64,000 nt of DNA, from positions 191-64,190 of the forward strand of contig JANTGR010000002.1 of assembly GCA_024762875.1 (NCBI GenBank), given 5' to 3'. The DNA comes from Sulfurospirillum sp. Lineage in GTDB: Bacteria; Campylobacterota; Campylobacteria; Campylobacterales; QNZT01. The notes beneath the pieces were generated by a model, which saw nothing but the letters and a program-made list of their open reading frames with translations, was not told the DNA's origin and did not search any database. Shown one piece after another: positions 21,797 through 31,193 of the stretch. The translations under genes and the position numbers were made by a program. Within the stretch, counting starts at the first letter, position 1. Each line of letters begins with the position of its first letter.

Positions 21797-22964
21797 ATAA
21801 AAACTCTTCAATTTTTTGATGCGATTTTAGGTTTTGCTCAATTGGCAATGCCTCATATGGAAAATATTGTATCTTATTATCATTAAAGATAAGATATTTG
21901 TGTTCACACTTCTCAAATGCCCCGAAGGAGAGTTTGACAACACCACTGTTTTCATCAATTTGATAGACTCTTTCAAAGTGTACAAAAAAGTCATCTCCTT
22001 TAAAGACATAAGGTGAAAATTTCTCTTTGAAGGCAGCAAATGAGAGTGGCTTTTGAAAAGTGAGTTTCTCAAATGCCTTTTTTTTATCGGAGAGGGTATG
22101 ATTGGTCAGTGTAATATCATAAATATTTTTTTCCTGTTTTTTCCAGCGGTCTTCATATTTGCTTGAGATGGCAATCTCCCGGTTTTTACGGATATGTAGA
22201 TCTGCCTGTGTCAGGGAGATAAAAGTTTCATAAGTATAAGCATAGTAGTTTTCACTATCTGTTCTCAGCTCCAGTGTGCCTTCTTTTTTCAGTACTCTGG
22301 TTGATTCGTCAATAAAAGCGGTTGATATCACACGGCGGTGTGGTTTTTTATCCCAGGGAACAGGAAAATGGACAAAGATTTTTCCGACGGCATTGGAAGG
22401 AAGAAACTCTAAAAATATTCTGGCATCAAATGCGGCGATCAGGAGATTTTCAAGGTTTTGGATTTTGCACTGTTTGGTCACTTGTTCGATAGAAGGGCCG
22501 TGTATTTCCAGGCCTATAAATTGTATTTCGGGATGGGCAGCGGCTTGATGCAGTAAGTGTCTGCCGCTGCCAAATCCAACTTCAACCCAAATCTCTTTAT
22601 CTGTTTGAAACTCATTGGCAAAATAGGTAATTGGCTTGAGATAATCGTCACTTTTTTCAAGATGTGATGCTTCTTTTTTACTTTCTATATTGGAAAATGT
22701 CAGTTTCAATGCATGTAATTCCTGAAAAGCTTTGAGTGCATTTTTGATGATGTAGATTGGGGCTACCCGGGTTAGTTTGTCATGCTTTATGAGAAAATCA
22801 TCACTGCGTTCAATAATCTTTAAAAAAAATTTTTTATCTTCAAAGGTTGTAAAAACAAGTTTTTCATCACTTTTGGATCCCTGCGCTATGTAGTGAAAGG
22901 TGTAACCGTTTTTTGAAAGCGGCAACACCCTGTATGGTAAATTTTTAGTTTGAATATTGGGCAT
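21789..22964 (-). CDS. trmB: tRNA (guanine-N7)-methyltransferase with long N-terminal extension
   Basis: 391 aa with SAM motif EVGFGSGRHL and FPVPWDKKPHRRV. Confidence 0.85.
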   Translation of the reverse strand: MPNIQTKNLPYRVLPLSKNGYTFHYIAQGSKSDEKLVFTTFEDKKFFLKIIERSDDFLIKHDKLTRVAPIYIIKNALKAFQELHALKLTFSNIESKKEASHLEKSDDYLKPITYFANEFQTDKEIWVEVGFGSGRHLLHQAAAHPEIQFIGLEIHGPSIEQVTKQCKIQNLENLLIAAFDARIFLEFLPSNAVGKIFVHFPVPWDKKPHRRVISTAFIDESTRVLKKEGTLELRTDSENYYAYTYETFISLTQADLHIRKNREIAISSKYEDRWKKQEKNIYDITLTNHTLSDKKKAFEKLTFQKPLSFAAFKEKFSPYVFKGDDFFVHFERVYQIDENSGVVKLSFGAFEKCEHKYLIFNDNKIQYFPYEALPIEQNLKSHQKIEEFLYE

Positions 22965-24269
22965 CTAAAACCACGAACTCTTTTTTTGGCTGCTTTGTAC
23001 GGCAAGATTGACACTTCTGGATTCCTGCGATGGAATACCGTCTTTATCGACAGCCACAACATAATAGGTATAGGTAATATCCGGTTTGATTTTACTATCA
23101 ACAAAAGTTGTTCCTGTAAAACCGACGATTTTGATCTTTTTTGCCTGCCATCCGTCCCAGTATTTTTTAAAGATGGTATAACTGACAGTACGGGGATCAC
23201 TCTTTGTCCATTTGAGTTCCACAGTGTTGTTGACAATTCTGGCTGCTGTGATATTGGGTGCTTTGAGATAGCCAAGTGTCCTGCCCAGTGCTGGTTTTAT
23301 CTTTTGACTGGATTCCAGTCCATCGGTATCTGTGACCGTGACACGGTAAAATCTTGTTGCCCCGTCCTGATCGAACCGGTCTGTATAGTTGGTGGCTTTT
23401 GTTTTGGCTATTAAAGAAAAAATCCCATCTGCAAAATCACTGGCATAGACTTTATACGCAAGAAAGTCTTTGATAGGTGAAGCTTTCCAGATAATTTCGA
23501 TTTTTTTTGGTAAATTGGTTGTTGCCATGATACCTGTTATCACTGGTGGAAGCTGTTTGGATGTGCCGGTGACTATTTTACTCGGAGGGGATACGATACC
23601 TTCTTTTGTTTGTGCCAGTACACGGTAATTGTAGGTAAAACCTGGCTTGACATCCCGGTCGATATACTCAACACTGAGACGTTTGTTGACAGTGGTGAGC
23701 GTATCCCAGCTTTTTGCCTGGCTGTCACTTCTTTGAATAATATAGGAATCAACACGTACATCGGGATGGATCCGCCAGAGAACTTTGATGCGTTCTGGCA
23801 AGCCCGATACGGCTGTGACAAAAGGAAGCGCAGCGATAGGCTTGTTGGTTTGGGGAACTTTGATGGTTGCAGGCAATGATACTCTGCCATCATTGGTGTA
23901 AGCTGAGACAAGATATCTGTTGAGACGGGCCTGGTGGAGGTTTTCATCCGTATAATGGGCAACATAAGGATCATTGATCACTTTAATGAGTTTATATCCT
24001 CCCGCTCCATCACTGCGCAAGATGCGATATCCTGCAATCTGTCTATCCCGTATCGGTGTCCATTCCAACGCTACTTCAGAAAGAGAGGAGCGTACTTTCA
24101 AATCTTTGATATGCGGTAAAGCACGATCTACTCTCTTCTTGTTGAGATCAAAGGCCGGAATATTGATATCAGGCATTTTCATACTGGGCAGATTAAAGTC
24201 CTTCCCTGTACACCCGCTAAATAAAGTGATTAAAATGCCTGATAATAGCATCGCTGTTGATTTTTTCAT
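22965..24269 (-). CDS. flpA: Fibronectin type III repeat lipoprotein (FlpA-like)
   Basis: ORF 22965..24293. ATG at 24269 lies 7 nt after AGGAGG and gives MKKSTAMLLSGILITLFSGC with a lipobox. Repeated FN3-like modules. Position next to trmB as in C. jejuni (from memory). Confidence 0.75.
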   Translation of the reverse strand: MKKSTAMLLSGILITLFSGCTGKDFNLPSMKMPDINIPAFDLNKKRVDRALPHIKDLKVRSSLSEVALEWTPIRDRQIAGYRILRSDGAGGYKLIKVINDPYVAHYTDENLHQARLNRYLVSAYTNDGRVSLPATIKVPQTNKPIAALPFVTAVSGLPERIKVLWRIHPDVRVDSYIIQRSDSQAKSWDTLTTVNKRLSVEYIDRDVKPGFTYNYRVLAQTKEGIVSPPSKIVTGTSKQLPPVITGIMATTNLPKKIEIIWKASPIKDFLAYKVYASDFADGIFSLIAKTKATNYTDRFDQDGATRFYRVTVTDTDGLESSQKIKPALGRTLGYLKAPNITAARIVNNTVELKWTKSDPRTVSYTIFKKYWDGWQAKKIKIVGFTGTTFVDSKIKPDITYTYYVVAVDKDGIPSQESRSVNLAVQSSQKKSSWF

Positions 24270-25173
24270 TGACTTCCTCCTGATTAAATTCATTTTTTAA
24301 AATTGCTTCAAAATCCTCAAACAAGGGTGCTTCTTTAATAATAAGTTGCTTGGTTCTTGGATGGTGAAAATAGATCACTTTTGCATGTAGCATGACTCTG
24401 GGGATAATATCTTTTTTGCTCTTAAATCCATATGTTTTATCTGCCAGAATATGCCTGGATAGAGATTCAAGATGTACACGTATCTGATGCGTTCTCCCCG
24501 TAAAAAGCTTGGCAGCGATGAGTTCATAAGGTCGGTTTTGAGCCTGTGCCAGTTTGATAAATGCACTTTTGGCTGCTCTTCCGTGTGCTGATACAGCCAT
24601 TTTGGTTCTATTTTTAGAATGACGCTGTATCGGCTTTTCAACTACAATATCTTCTTTTAAAGGCAGATCAATCAATGCCAGATAATACCGTCCCATACTA
24701 CGATCTTCCAACTGTTTGGAAAGTGCGTGGTGGGCTTGGTTGTTTTTGGCGATGATGAGTGCCCCGCTTGTCTCTTTGTCGATACGGTGGACGATACCAT
24801 TTCGTTCTTCTCCGCTGATGGTTGAAAGGGCAATACCTTTGTATTTCAGCCAGTCTACCAATGTTGCATCCTTTACGGAAGGTGCCGGATGGACAGTCAG
24901 AAAAGGGGGCTTGTTAATGATGAGAACATCTTCATCTTCATAGATAATGTCAACATCAAAGTCTATTTCCTTGGGTGTAGACTTTTGTACGGTGGGAAGA
25001 TGCAACGTAATGCGTTCTCCTCCTTTAAGTTTTAGCCCACATTTGTGTGAGGGTTTGCCATCTATCATGACACCGATCTCTTTGATAAAATGTTCGACCT
25101 GATTTCTGGCTTGTCCTAGCTCAATTTGCAGCATTTTATCCAGGCGCATCGGTTTTTGTGCTATAATCGTCAC
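24217..25173 (-). CDS. rluD: RluA-family 23S rRNA pseudouridine synthase with S4 domain (RluD-like)
   Basis: 318 aa with catalytic motif HRIDKETSGAL and RTHQIRVH. Confidence 0.85.
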   Translation of the reverse strand: MTIIAQKPMRLDKMLQIELGQARNQVEHFIKEIGVMIDGKPSHKCGLKLKGGERITLHLPTVQKSTPKEIDFDVDIIYEDEDVLIINKPPFLTVHPAPSVKDATLVDWLKYKGIALSTISGEERNGIVHRIDKETSGALIIAKNNQAHHALSKQLEDRSMGRYYLALIDLPLKEDIVVEKPIQRHSKNRTKMAVSAHGRAAKSAFIKLAQAQNRPYELIAAKLFTGRTHQIRVHLESLSRHILADKTYGFKSKKDIIPRVMLHAKVIYFHHPRTKQLIIKEAPLFEDFEAILKNEFNQEEVNEKINSDAIIRHFNHFI

Positions 25174-25203
25174 TTAATTAGTCCAAAGCATAAAGGGGAA
25201 GCG

Positions 25204-26313
25204 TTGTTTCAGGTTGATAGACGGATGTTTTCGCATTTTGATTATATTGTTCCTCTGTTGATTTTACCTATTATCATGATATCGTTTTATCTAGTACATG
25301 AATTATATCCAGTCTTGGCAAATAAACAGTTAATTTACTTTATCGCCGGTGTCTTGGTTTTTTTATTTTTTATTTTTATTCCTATTCGAAAACTCTCCTG
25401 GCTGATTCCGTTTTTTTATTGGGCAAATATTATTTTACTGTTTAGTGTGAAAATTTTTGGTGTTACCAAGTTGGGGGCGCAGAGATGGCTGGAGATACCA
25501 TTGGTGCATCTAAGCATCCAGCCTTCTGAAATCATGAAACCTGCGATGATCCTGATGTTGGCATATTGGATTAGCAACAATCCTCCAAACAGCGAGCAGG
25601 GCTATGGCATGAAGGCGTTTTTAAAGTTGAGCCTGTTTATCATGATACCATTTGTGCTGATTTTGAAACAGCCTGATCTTGGTACGGCACTGATTCTCTT
25701 TTTTATAGGGTATGGTATACTTTTTATTATCGGTGTCAATTATAAAATATGGATGAGTATCGGATTGCTTGTGACACTGATAGCGCCTTTGATTTATACC
25801 AATCTGCATGATTATCAGAAAAAAAGAGTAAATGATTTTTTAGCAGAAAAACCAAGTTATCATGTCAGACAGTCTATCATCGCAATTGGTTCTGGAGGCT
25901 TGAAGGGCAAAAAAAGAGAAGAAGCAACACAGACACATATGAAATTTTTGCCGATTGCAACAAGTGATTTTATTTTTGCTTTTTATATGGAACGGTTTGG
26001 ATTTGTGGGCGGATTTGTTCTAATTATGATTTATGGACTGTTGATTTTACACTTTTTGATGATCACACTGTATATGAAGGGAGATTATTTTACGCAGGTG
26101 CTGGCGGTTTCACTGGCATTGATGTTTTTTTTATATACGGGTGTGAACATTGCTATGACGATAGGATACGCTCCGGTAGTGGGATTGCCTTTACCGCTTT
26201 TTTCTTATGGGGGAAGCAGTTTTTTGACTTTTATGATCCTGATGGGGATTTTTGAAAACCAGATGACCTTTAGATTTCACAAATTTAAAGAACCTCTCTC
26301 CTATCAAAGATAA
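25204..26313 (+). CDS. rodA: SEDS-family peptidoglycan polymerase RodA
   Basis: ORF 25126..26313. A TTG at 25204 behind AAAGGGGAAG gives MFQVDRRMFSHFDY, matching the usual RodA N-terminus. About 10 TM helices. This is the second SEDS gene in the window; the other, next to murG, is ftsW. Confidence 0.8.
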   Translation: MFQVDRRMFSHFDYIVPLLILPIIMISFYLVHELYPVLANKQLIYFIAGVLVFLFFIFIPIRKLSWLIPFFYWANIILLFSVKIFGVTKLGAQRWLEIPLVHLSIQPSEIMKPAMILMLAYWISNNPPNSEQGYGMKAFLKLSLFIMIPFVLILKQPDLGTALILFFIGYGILFIIGVNYKIWMSIGLLVTLIAPLIYTNLHDYQKKRVNDFLAEKPSYHVRQSIIAIGSGGLKGKKREEATQTHMKFLPIATSDFIFAFYMERFGFVGGFVLIMIYGLLILHFLMITLYMKGDYFTQVLAVSLALMFFLYTGVNIAMTIGYAPVVGLPLPLFSYGGSSFLTFMILMGIFENQMTFRFHKFKEPLSYQR

Positions 26314-26353
26314 AATTAAGCATATGTTGGATAATATTTCTTTCCAATTTTGC

Positions 26354-26430
26354 GGGTCTATAGCTCAGTTGGTTAGAGCACTCGGCTCATAACCGAGTGG
26401 TCCCAGGTTCGAATCCTGGTGGACCCACCA
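26354..26430 (+). tRNA. tRNA with CAU anticodon, elongator Met (tRNA-Ile2/lysidine not excluded)
   Basis: GGGTCTA TA GCTC AGTTGGTTA GAGC A CTCGG CTCATAA CCGAG TGGTC CCAGG TTCGAAT CCTGG TGGACCC A CCA folds as a 77-nt cloverleaf with encoded CCA. It has neither the three G-C anticodon-stem pairs nor the 1:72 mismatch of an initiator. Confidence 0.9.
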
Positions 26431-26440
26431 CTTCATGAGA

Positions 26441-27073
26441 TTATTTTATATCCAGTGCCTGTATACCCATTCTTAAAAATCCTGTAAATTTTGCATTGTC
26501 ACTGCCCAGAGTCGGTGATACATAGGTTTTACACTCATCCAGTGCTTTTTGATAATTGGCATAAAATGCATAACTGGGCCGTGGCTTATAGTAGAGATTT
26601 TCCAGTTTCAGATAGCGGATGATATCTTTGGTGGTAGTGGGCTTGACAAAATATTCGCGATCAGGATAAAAATAATATCCAATGGCTGTCACATAAGTCC
26701 ATTTAGCCAGCTTTTTTTCAGCCAAAACATCCACCATCAGCTCAAACCCTTCTGCTTTACGGCCATAAAGAAATTCATAAAGCCCGATACTGAGGGTATC
26801 TTTTTGTGCCATATTCATAGCCTGGGTTTCATTTTTGAATAGAGGTTTTTCAAAGAGGGAGATGAGTGAAGATTTGGCAATAATTGTAGCCATATTTTCG
26901 ATTATTTTTTGGGGCTGTGCAAAATTATCTGCTTTAAAACTATCCTTGGTCTGTGCTGTAATTTTAGCAGTATTGTGGCGTTTGACAATAGGCAAAAGTG
27001 CAATATCATCAAACCCTTCTGGATAAGTTTCAAAAAAATAGGCTTCTATCTCTTTGAGTCTGTTTAGGTTCAT
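26441..27073 (-). CDS. Hypothetical protein (210 aa)
   Basis: Clean ORF with coding-like composition and no motif I recognise. Confidence 0.55.
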   Translation of the reverse strand: MNLNRLKEIEAYFFETYPEGFDDIALLPIVKRHNTAKITAQTKDSFKADNFAQPQKIIENMATIIAKSSLISLFEKPLFKNETQAMNMAQKDTLSIGLYEFLYGRKAEGFELMVDVLAEKKLAKWTYVTAIGYYFYPDREYFVKPTTTKDIIRYLKLENLYYKPRPSYAFYANYQKALDECKTYVSPTLGSDNAKFTGFLRMGIQALDIK

Positions 27074-27090
27074 AGCTTACCTTTTGTCTA

Positions 27091-27474
27091 TCATGATAAT
27101 AGATGTTTTTCCAAAGTTGCGGTGTAAAAAGTACCGAAAAAGACTCTATTTTCACCCACTCTGCCTTCTACTTCCACTGTGGCCCGTGTAGCATTTTCAG
27201 TGATGACTGTTCCTTCAAAGATCACTTCATCTGCTTCTTTGACCGGTGCGAGGAATTTACATTCACTTTTTGCCAATACGACAAAAGGTTCATTCACTGC
27301 TGCCATGGCAGTAAAATCAGCAGCACTAAAGATAAATCCGCCATGAATCAGCCCTTTTTCATCAGCTATCATGATAGAGGTAGTGGGGAGTGCTGTCTTG
27401 GCATAACCTTCCTGTAGATCCAGGAGATGACCGCTAAGCGTATGATCTATTTTTAAATGGGTTCGTAATGGCAT
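27091..27474 (-). CDS. Hotdog-fold (PaaI-like) acyl-CoA thioesterase
   Basis: 127 aa with the GLIHGGFIFSAADF motif typical of PaaI/4HBT thioesterases. Confidence 0.75.
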   Translation of the reverse strand: MPLRTHLKIDHTLSGHLLDLQEGYAKTALPTTSIMIADEKGLIHGGFIFSAADFTAMAAVNEPFVVLAKSECKFLAPVKEADEVIFEGTVITENATRATVEVEGRVGENRVFFGTFYTATLEKHLLS

Positions 27475-27492
27475 CTAAACTCCTTTATTGGG

Positions 27493-27586
27493 ATTGCATG
27501 TTCTGAACAACACACTTATTCACTAAGGCTGCGCCGTAAAACGGCTGTAGAGTCGTTCACAAGTGTGTTAGTTCAGAATATGCAAT
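27493..27586 (+). repeat. REP/MITE-like intergenic element, copy B
   Basis: Arms 27493-27517 and 27561-27586 are complementary except for one G:T and a 1-nt bulge. Core ATTCACTAAGGCTGCGCCGTAAAACGGCTGTAGAGTCGTTCAC contains the hairpin GCCGT-AAA-ACGGC. Confidence 0.8.
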
Positions 27587-27597
27587 TATACCAAAAA

Positions 27598-29355
27598 TCA
27601 GCGAAGGGGTGTTAAAAATTTTTCTTGAACCATCACATCAACAATATCTTTGAAAACAGGAACGGCAGAGCTTGAGGCAAAGTGTCCGGCTCCTTTTGGA
27701 TTGGGTTCTATGACAGTGACACCGATAGTATAGCGGTGTTTTTTGTCATTGGCAAATCCAAAAAATGAGTTGTTATAAATTTTTTCATATAGGCCATGTA
27801 CTGCTATCTGGGCTGTTCCGGTTTTACCGCCTACAAGCAATCCCGGCGTGATGGCATTTTGTCCGGTACCTTTTTGAACAGTTTTGATGAGAATATTTTG
27901 CATGGTACGGGCGATGCGGGGTGAGAGTACCTGTTGTGGTTTTTTATGAAATATTACTTGTTTTTTTTCTTCTGATGCCAAGTACTTTCCGATAGTGGGA
28001 GTGAGCATTTTGCCGTTATTATTAAAGATATTATAGGCTTGCAGAAGTTGAAAAAAGTTCACTTTGATACCATATCCGTAAGAAGCGGTTGCCTTAAAGA
28101 TCGAGTTTTTCAGACTGTGAATATCAGGAATGGATCCTGGCAATTCATATGAGAGATCAATACCTGTCGGTCTGGAAAACCCAAACTGCCGCAATCCCTG
28201 AAAATAGCTGAGCGCATCCAGCCGTTGTGAAAGTTGCGCCATTCCGATATTGCTGGAGTGGACGATGACATTTTCAGCGCTCATATAAGGCTCTTTATGT
28301 TCATCAGTGATTTGCTTATGTCCCAACATAAAACGACCATTATAGGTACGAATCACTTCATCAAGTGCTACTTTTTTATCACGCAGCAGCAGCGAAAATA
28401 TGATGGGTTTCATCACGGAACCAGGCTCATAGATATAGCGTATAGCAGAAATCGTCAAAGAGTCAGCATCTTCAATATGCCCAGGTGTAAAGCGTCGGGA
28501 GCTTCCTATGGCGACGATATCACCTGTTTGACTCTCCATCACCGTTGCGATAATCTCTTTGGCCTGGAGTCTTTCTTTGTGCCTATCCAATATGGCTTCG
28601 AGATATTTCTGCAGCTTGATCGAAATACTGGTGACAACATTGTATCCGTCATAACGGTTTTGTACTTTGCTTTCATCATCCAAAATGATATGGTTTCGTA
28701 CATCGCGCCGTCCTTTTATCTCTGTACTTTGAAGTCCTTCGAGTTCTTTTTCATAATATTTTTCCAAGCCGTATCTGCCTGTAATCTTTGTGTAGCGGTT
28801 TTCTTCATGTTTACGCACATATCCAATCACGGGAGTCAGTGTGCTGCCTAGCGGATGGATACGGTATTCTCCACTTTCCCGTACCTCCAGTCCATGTAAA
28901 AAGGTACGGTGTGAGACGAGATCTGTATAGCTGGTGATGACTTTGAGTTTAAAAAGCATAGAAGAGAGCTGTTCCACATAGCGGGCTGATTTGGAATCAA
29001 GCTTGTAGGTGAGGGTGACAAAGCCTCTTTTAGAGTCTATTTTTTCTCTTATCTTTTCTTTTGGCATATTGCTGTATTTACAAAAGAGCTCGATAAAAAG
29101 TTCCTTTTTGGCGGGGTCAATATTGCGTGTGTCAACAACTGCTTTATAGAGCTTTTTACTACTGGCGATAGTAAAATGATGGCGTGAAAGTATATCACCC
29201 CGCAGTGCTTTGTCCGTCTCAACTATAGTCAGTCTTGGTAATCTTTTATGACTATTAACGATGTGGACCAATGCCCCAACAAGAATAATGAAAAATAAAA
29301 GAATGAGGAAAAATATAAAAGTAATTTTAAATTTTTTGCTGTCGTCTTGATTCAT
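27598..29355 (-). CDS. Class B penicillin-binding protein (PBP2/FtsI-type transpeptidase)
   Basis: 585 aa with N-terminal TM and motifs SVMKP (SxxK), SSN and KTGTA. Confidence 0.9.
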   Translation of the reverse strand: MNQDDSKKFKITFIFFLILLFFIILVGALVHIVNSHKRLPRLTIVETDKALRGDILSRHHFTIASSKKLYKAVVDTRNIDPAKKELFIELFCKYSNMPKEKIREKIDSKRGFVTLTYKLDSKSARYVEQLSSMLFKLKVITSYTDLVSHRTFLHGLEVRESGEYRIHPLGSTLTPVIGYVRKHEENRYTKITGRYGLEKYYEKELEGLQSTEIKGRRDVRNHIILDDESKVQNRYDGYNVVTSISIKLQKYLEAILDRHKERLQAKEIIATVMESQTGDIVAIGSSRRFTPGHIEDADSLTISAIRYIYEPGSVMKPIIFSLLLRDKKVALDEVIRTYNGRFMLGHKQITDEHKEPYMSAENVIVHSSNIGMAQLSQRLDALSYFQGLRQFGFSRPTGIDLSYELPGSIPDIHSLKNSIFKATASYGYGIKVNFFQLLQAYNIFNNNGKMLTPTIGKYLASEEKKQVIFHKKPQQVLSPRIARTMQNILIKTVQKGTGQNAITPGLLVGGKTGTAQIAVHGLYEKIYNNSFFGFANDKKHRYTIGVTVIEPNPKGAGHFASSSAVPVFKDIVDVMVQEKFLTPLR

Positions 29356-29385
29356 AGATTCATTATATTGAATCTATGTTTAATA

Positions 29386-29685
29386 TTAAATTTGAGTTTT
29401 AAGTAATTCTTTGTAGGCATTGATGGCTTTGTTGCGTACTTCCAACATTACCTTCATACTTATTTCAGCTTTATCGATTGCTATGGCAGCCTGATGAAGG
29501 TCTTTTACCTGTCCTGTTGCAATTTGACCTAAGGCCGTATCAGCCTTTTTTTGCTGATTGTTGACATTATTGATAGTTGACTGCAGGATTGAAAAAAAGT
29601 CTTCACCGGCTGCTGTATCAGTTTTATTTGTTTGCAGGCTGTCTGCTATAGAGAGGGGAGATATATTTTGAATTGTTGTAGCCAT
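29386..29685 (-). CDS. fliE: Flagellar hook-basal body complex protein FliE
   Basis: 99 aa with the typical FliE C-terminus ISMKVMLEVRNKAINAYKELL. Lies downstream of flgB-flgC. Confidence 0.9.
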   Translation of the reverse strand: MATTIQNISPLSIADSLQTNKTDTAAGEDFFSILQSTINNVNNQQKKADTALGQIATGQVKDLHQAAIAIDKAEISMKVMLEVRNKAINAYKELLKTQI

Positions 29686-29689
29686 CTAT

Positions 29690-30184
29690 TTATCCTTTCA
29701 TCATATCGATCGCGCTTTGTGCGATACTTTTTGAGCTTTGAAACGCTGCCACATTGGCCTGGTATGCTCTTGTTGCTTCTATTAAATCGGCCATCTCAAT
29801 CACTGGATTAATATTTGGCAGTGAAACATAGCCATTTTCATCCGCATCAGGGCTGGATGGGTCAAATCGTAATTTAAATGGTGAATCATCCCGTACAATT
29901 TTGTCCACTGCCACTGAAGAGAGAGGCGGGTTGGGAAATGCTTGTGCACTGGGGTCTTCGATATAGTTTTCATTTTTGATTAAGTGATTGTTTTTTGCAA
30001 TTGCATGATTGAGTGCATCATCAAAACTGACTTCTTTAAATATCGCTTCTTTACGTCTGTAAGGACCGCCTTCTGCTGTTCTGGTGGTATTGGCATTGGC
30101 GATATTTGCTGAGACCAGGTTGATACGCAGTCTCTGTGCTGAGAGACCATATCCGCTGATATCAAAACTGCTTAAAAATGCCAT
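29690..30184 (-). CDS. flgC: Flagellar basal-body rod protein FlgC
   Basis: 164 aa with SANIANANTTRT and the C-terminal rod motif. Confidence 0.9.
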   Translation of the reverse strand: MAFLSSFDISGYGLSAQRLRINLVSANIANANTTRTAEGGPYRRKEAIFKEVSFDDALNHAIAKNNHLIKNENYIEDPSAQAFPNPPLSSVAVDKIVRDDSPFKLRFDPSSPDADENGYVSLPNINPVIEMADLIEATRAYQANVAAFQSSKSIAQSAIDMMKG

Positions 30185-30208
30185 CTGTTGTTCCTTTTAT
30201 TTCTCTTG

Positions 30209-30637
30209 TCATGATACTCTCGAAGAGGTATCAATCATGGTCTTAAAGAGTTGAGATTTTTTCTTGAGTGCTGCTGTAATTGCATTTATCATGATAGCAT
30301 TTTTACTCATTTCTGTCGTCTCAACATCCAAATCAACACTATTGCCGTCATTTCTGCTTGCATGGTTTGGTCTAAAAAAGATATTGGCTTTATCAACATT
30401 GGTTTCGGATAAAGCTACCATGTGCGCCGGGTTGGTTTGTGCCATTTTGAGTGTGACTTTTTTTTGTTCGAGCAAGTCAGCACTTTTTGCCAGCATCTGT
30501 TCAAAACTGATATCTTTTGCTTTATAAAAGGGGGTATCAACATTGGCAATATTCCCGGCAATCATATCCTGCCTGATATCACGGTAATGTAAAGCTTCTT
30601 TGGCGATAGAAGCATATTTGCTTATTTGAAATCCCAT
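30209..30637 (-). CDS. flgB: Flagellar basal-body rod protein FlgB
   Basis: 142 aa with the motif AGNIANVDTPFYKAKD. Confidence 0.9.
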   Translation of the reverse strand: MGFQISKYASIAKEALHYRDIRQDMIAGNIANVDTPFYKAKDISFEQMLAKSADLLEQKKVTLKMAQTNPAHMVALSETNVDKANIFFRPNHASRNDGNSVDLDVETTEMSKNAIMINAITAALKKKSQLFKTMIDTSSRVS

Positions 30638-30669
30638 TATTTATCCATTTTTAGTATTGTCTGTTCTGT

Positions 30670-30768
30670 CAATAGTATGTTCTAAGCATGCATATTTTTG
30701 AACGACTCTACAGCCGTTTTACGGCGAAGCCTTAGTGAAAAAGTATGCATGCTTAGAACATACTATTG
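30670..30768 (-). repeat. REP/MITE-like intergenic element, copy C (core inverted relative to copy B)
   Basis: The 29-nt arms 30670-30698 and 30740-30768 are complementary at 28/29 positions. The reverse complement of core 30699-30739 differs from the copy B core at one position. Confidence 0.8.
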
Positions 30769-30880
30769 ATATTTCACAAGAGTTGTCAGCAAAGAGCATG
30801 CCAAATCTTTTAAAAAATTAAATTATTTGAATTATTGTAGCAAAATTGTATTTTAATTAATATTAATGTAAAATATTTAA

Positions 30881-31154
30881 TTAAGGGTACCTCTAAAAAC
30901 CCTGGTTATTCAAAACATCACAAGCTTTGCCTTAGGCAAGGCGTTTACTTGCAGGACTAGCTGTAGCTAATGCAAAAGTAAACAACGAAGCATAAGGCAA
31001 AGCTTGTGATGCCCGCAGGGTGGGCTTAGAAGAAGTAACCTTTACAAAGATATTTTCTCATCTTAGCTTCGGCTAGGATTTCAAAAATCTCTTTGTAAAT
31101 CTCACCTCTTCTAAGCCCATTATGAACAACCAGGGTTTTTAGAGGTACCCTTAA
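30881..31154 (+). other. 274-nt nested-palindrome element (candidate structured RNA leader or MITE) upstream of ftsW
   Basis: Perfect 27-bp terminal inverted repeat TTAAGGGTACCTCTAAAAACCCTGGTT (30881-30907 / 31128-31154) encloses two long hairpins. The first has stems 30916-30934 / 30993-31011. The second has stems 31022-31033 / 31107-31118 and 31041-31050 / 31090-31099, and its tip CTTAGC-TTCG-GCTAGG is at 31062-31077. Confidence 0.7.
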
Positions 31155-31193
31155 AAACTAAGAGCATCATCAAACAAAAAGGTACTTTCAACT

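Noticed and set aside
26314-27073. tRNA-Met as an integration site for a genomic island.
   Set aside because: No integrase, no direct repeat of the tRNA 3' end, and the downstream genes look ordinary.
30638-30770. A sigma54 promoter for flgB inside REP copy C (TGCTTAGAACA resembles GGAAC / TTGC elements).
   Set aside because: The order and spacing do not fit GG-N10-GC, and the G of the -24 GG is missing. I cannot support a promoter call.
30881-31154. The 274-nt element as a retron msr/msd, a group II intron fragment or a TnpB/IscB guide RNA.
   Set aside because: No reverse transcriptase, intron-encoded protein, TnpB or IscB ORF lies nearby. The flanking genes are flgB and ftsW.
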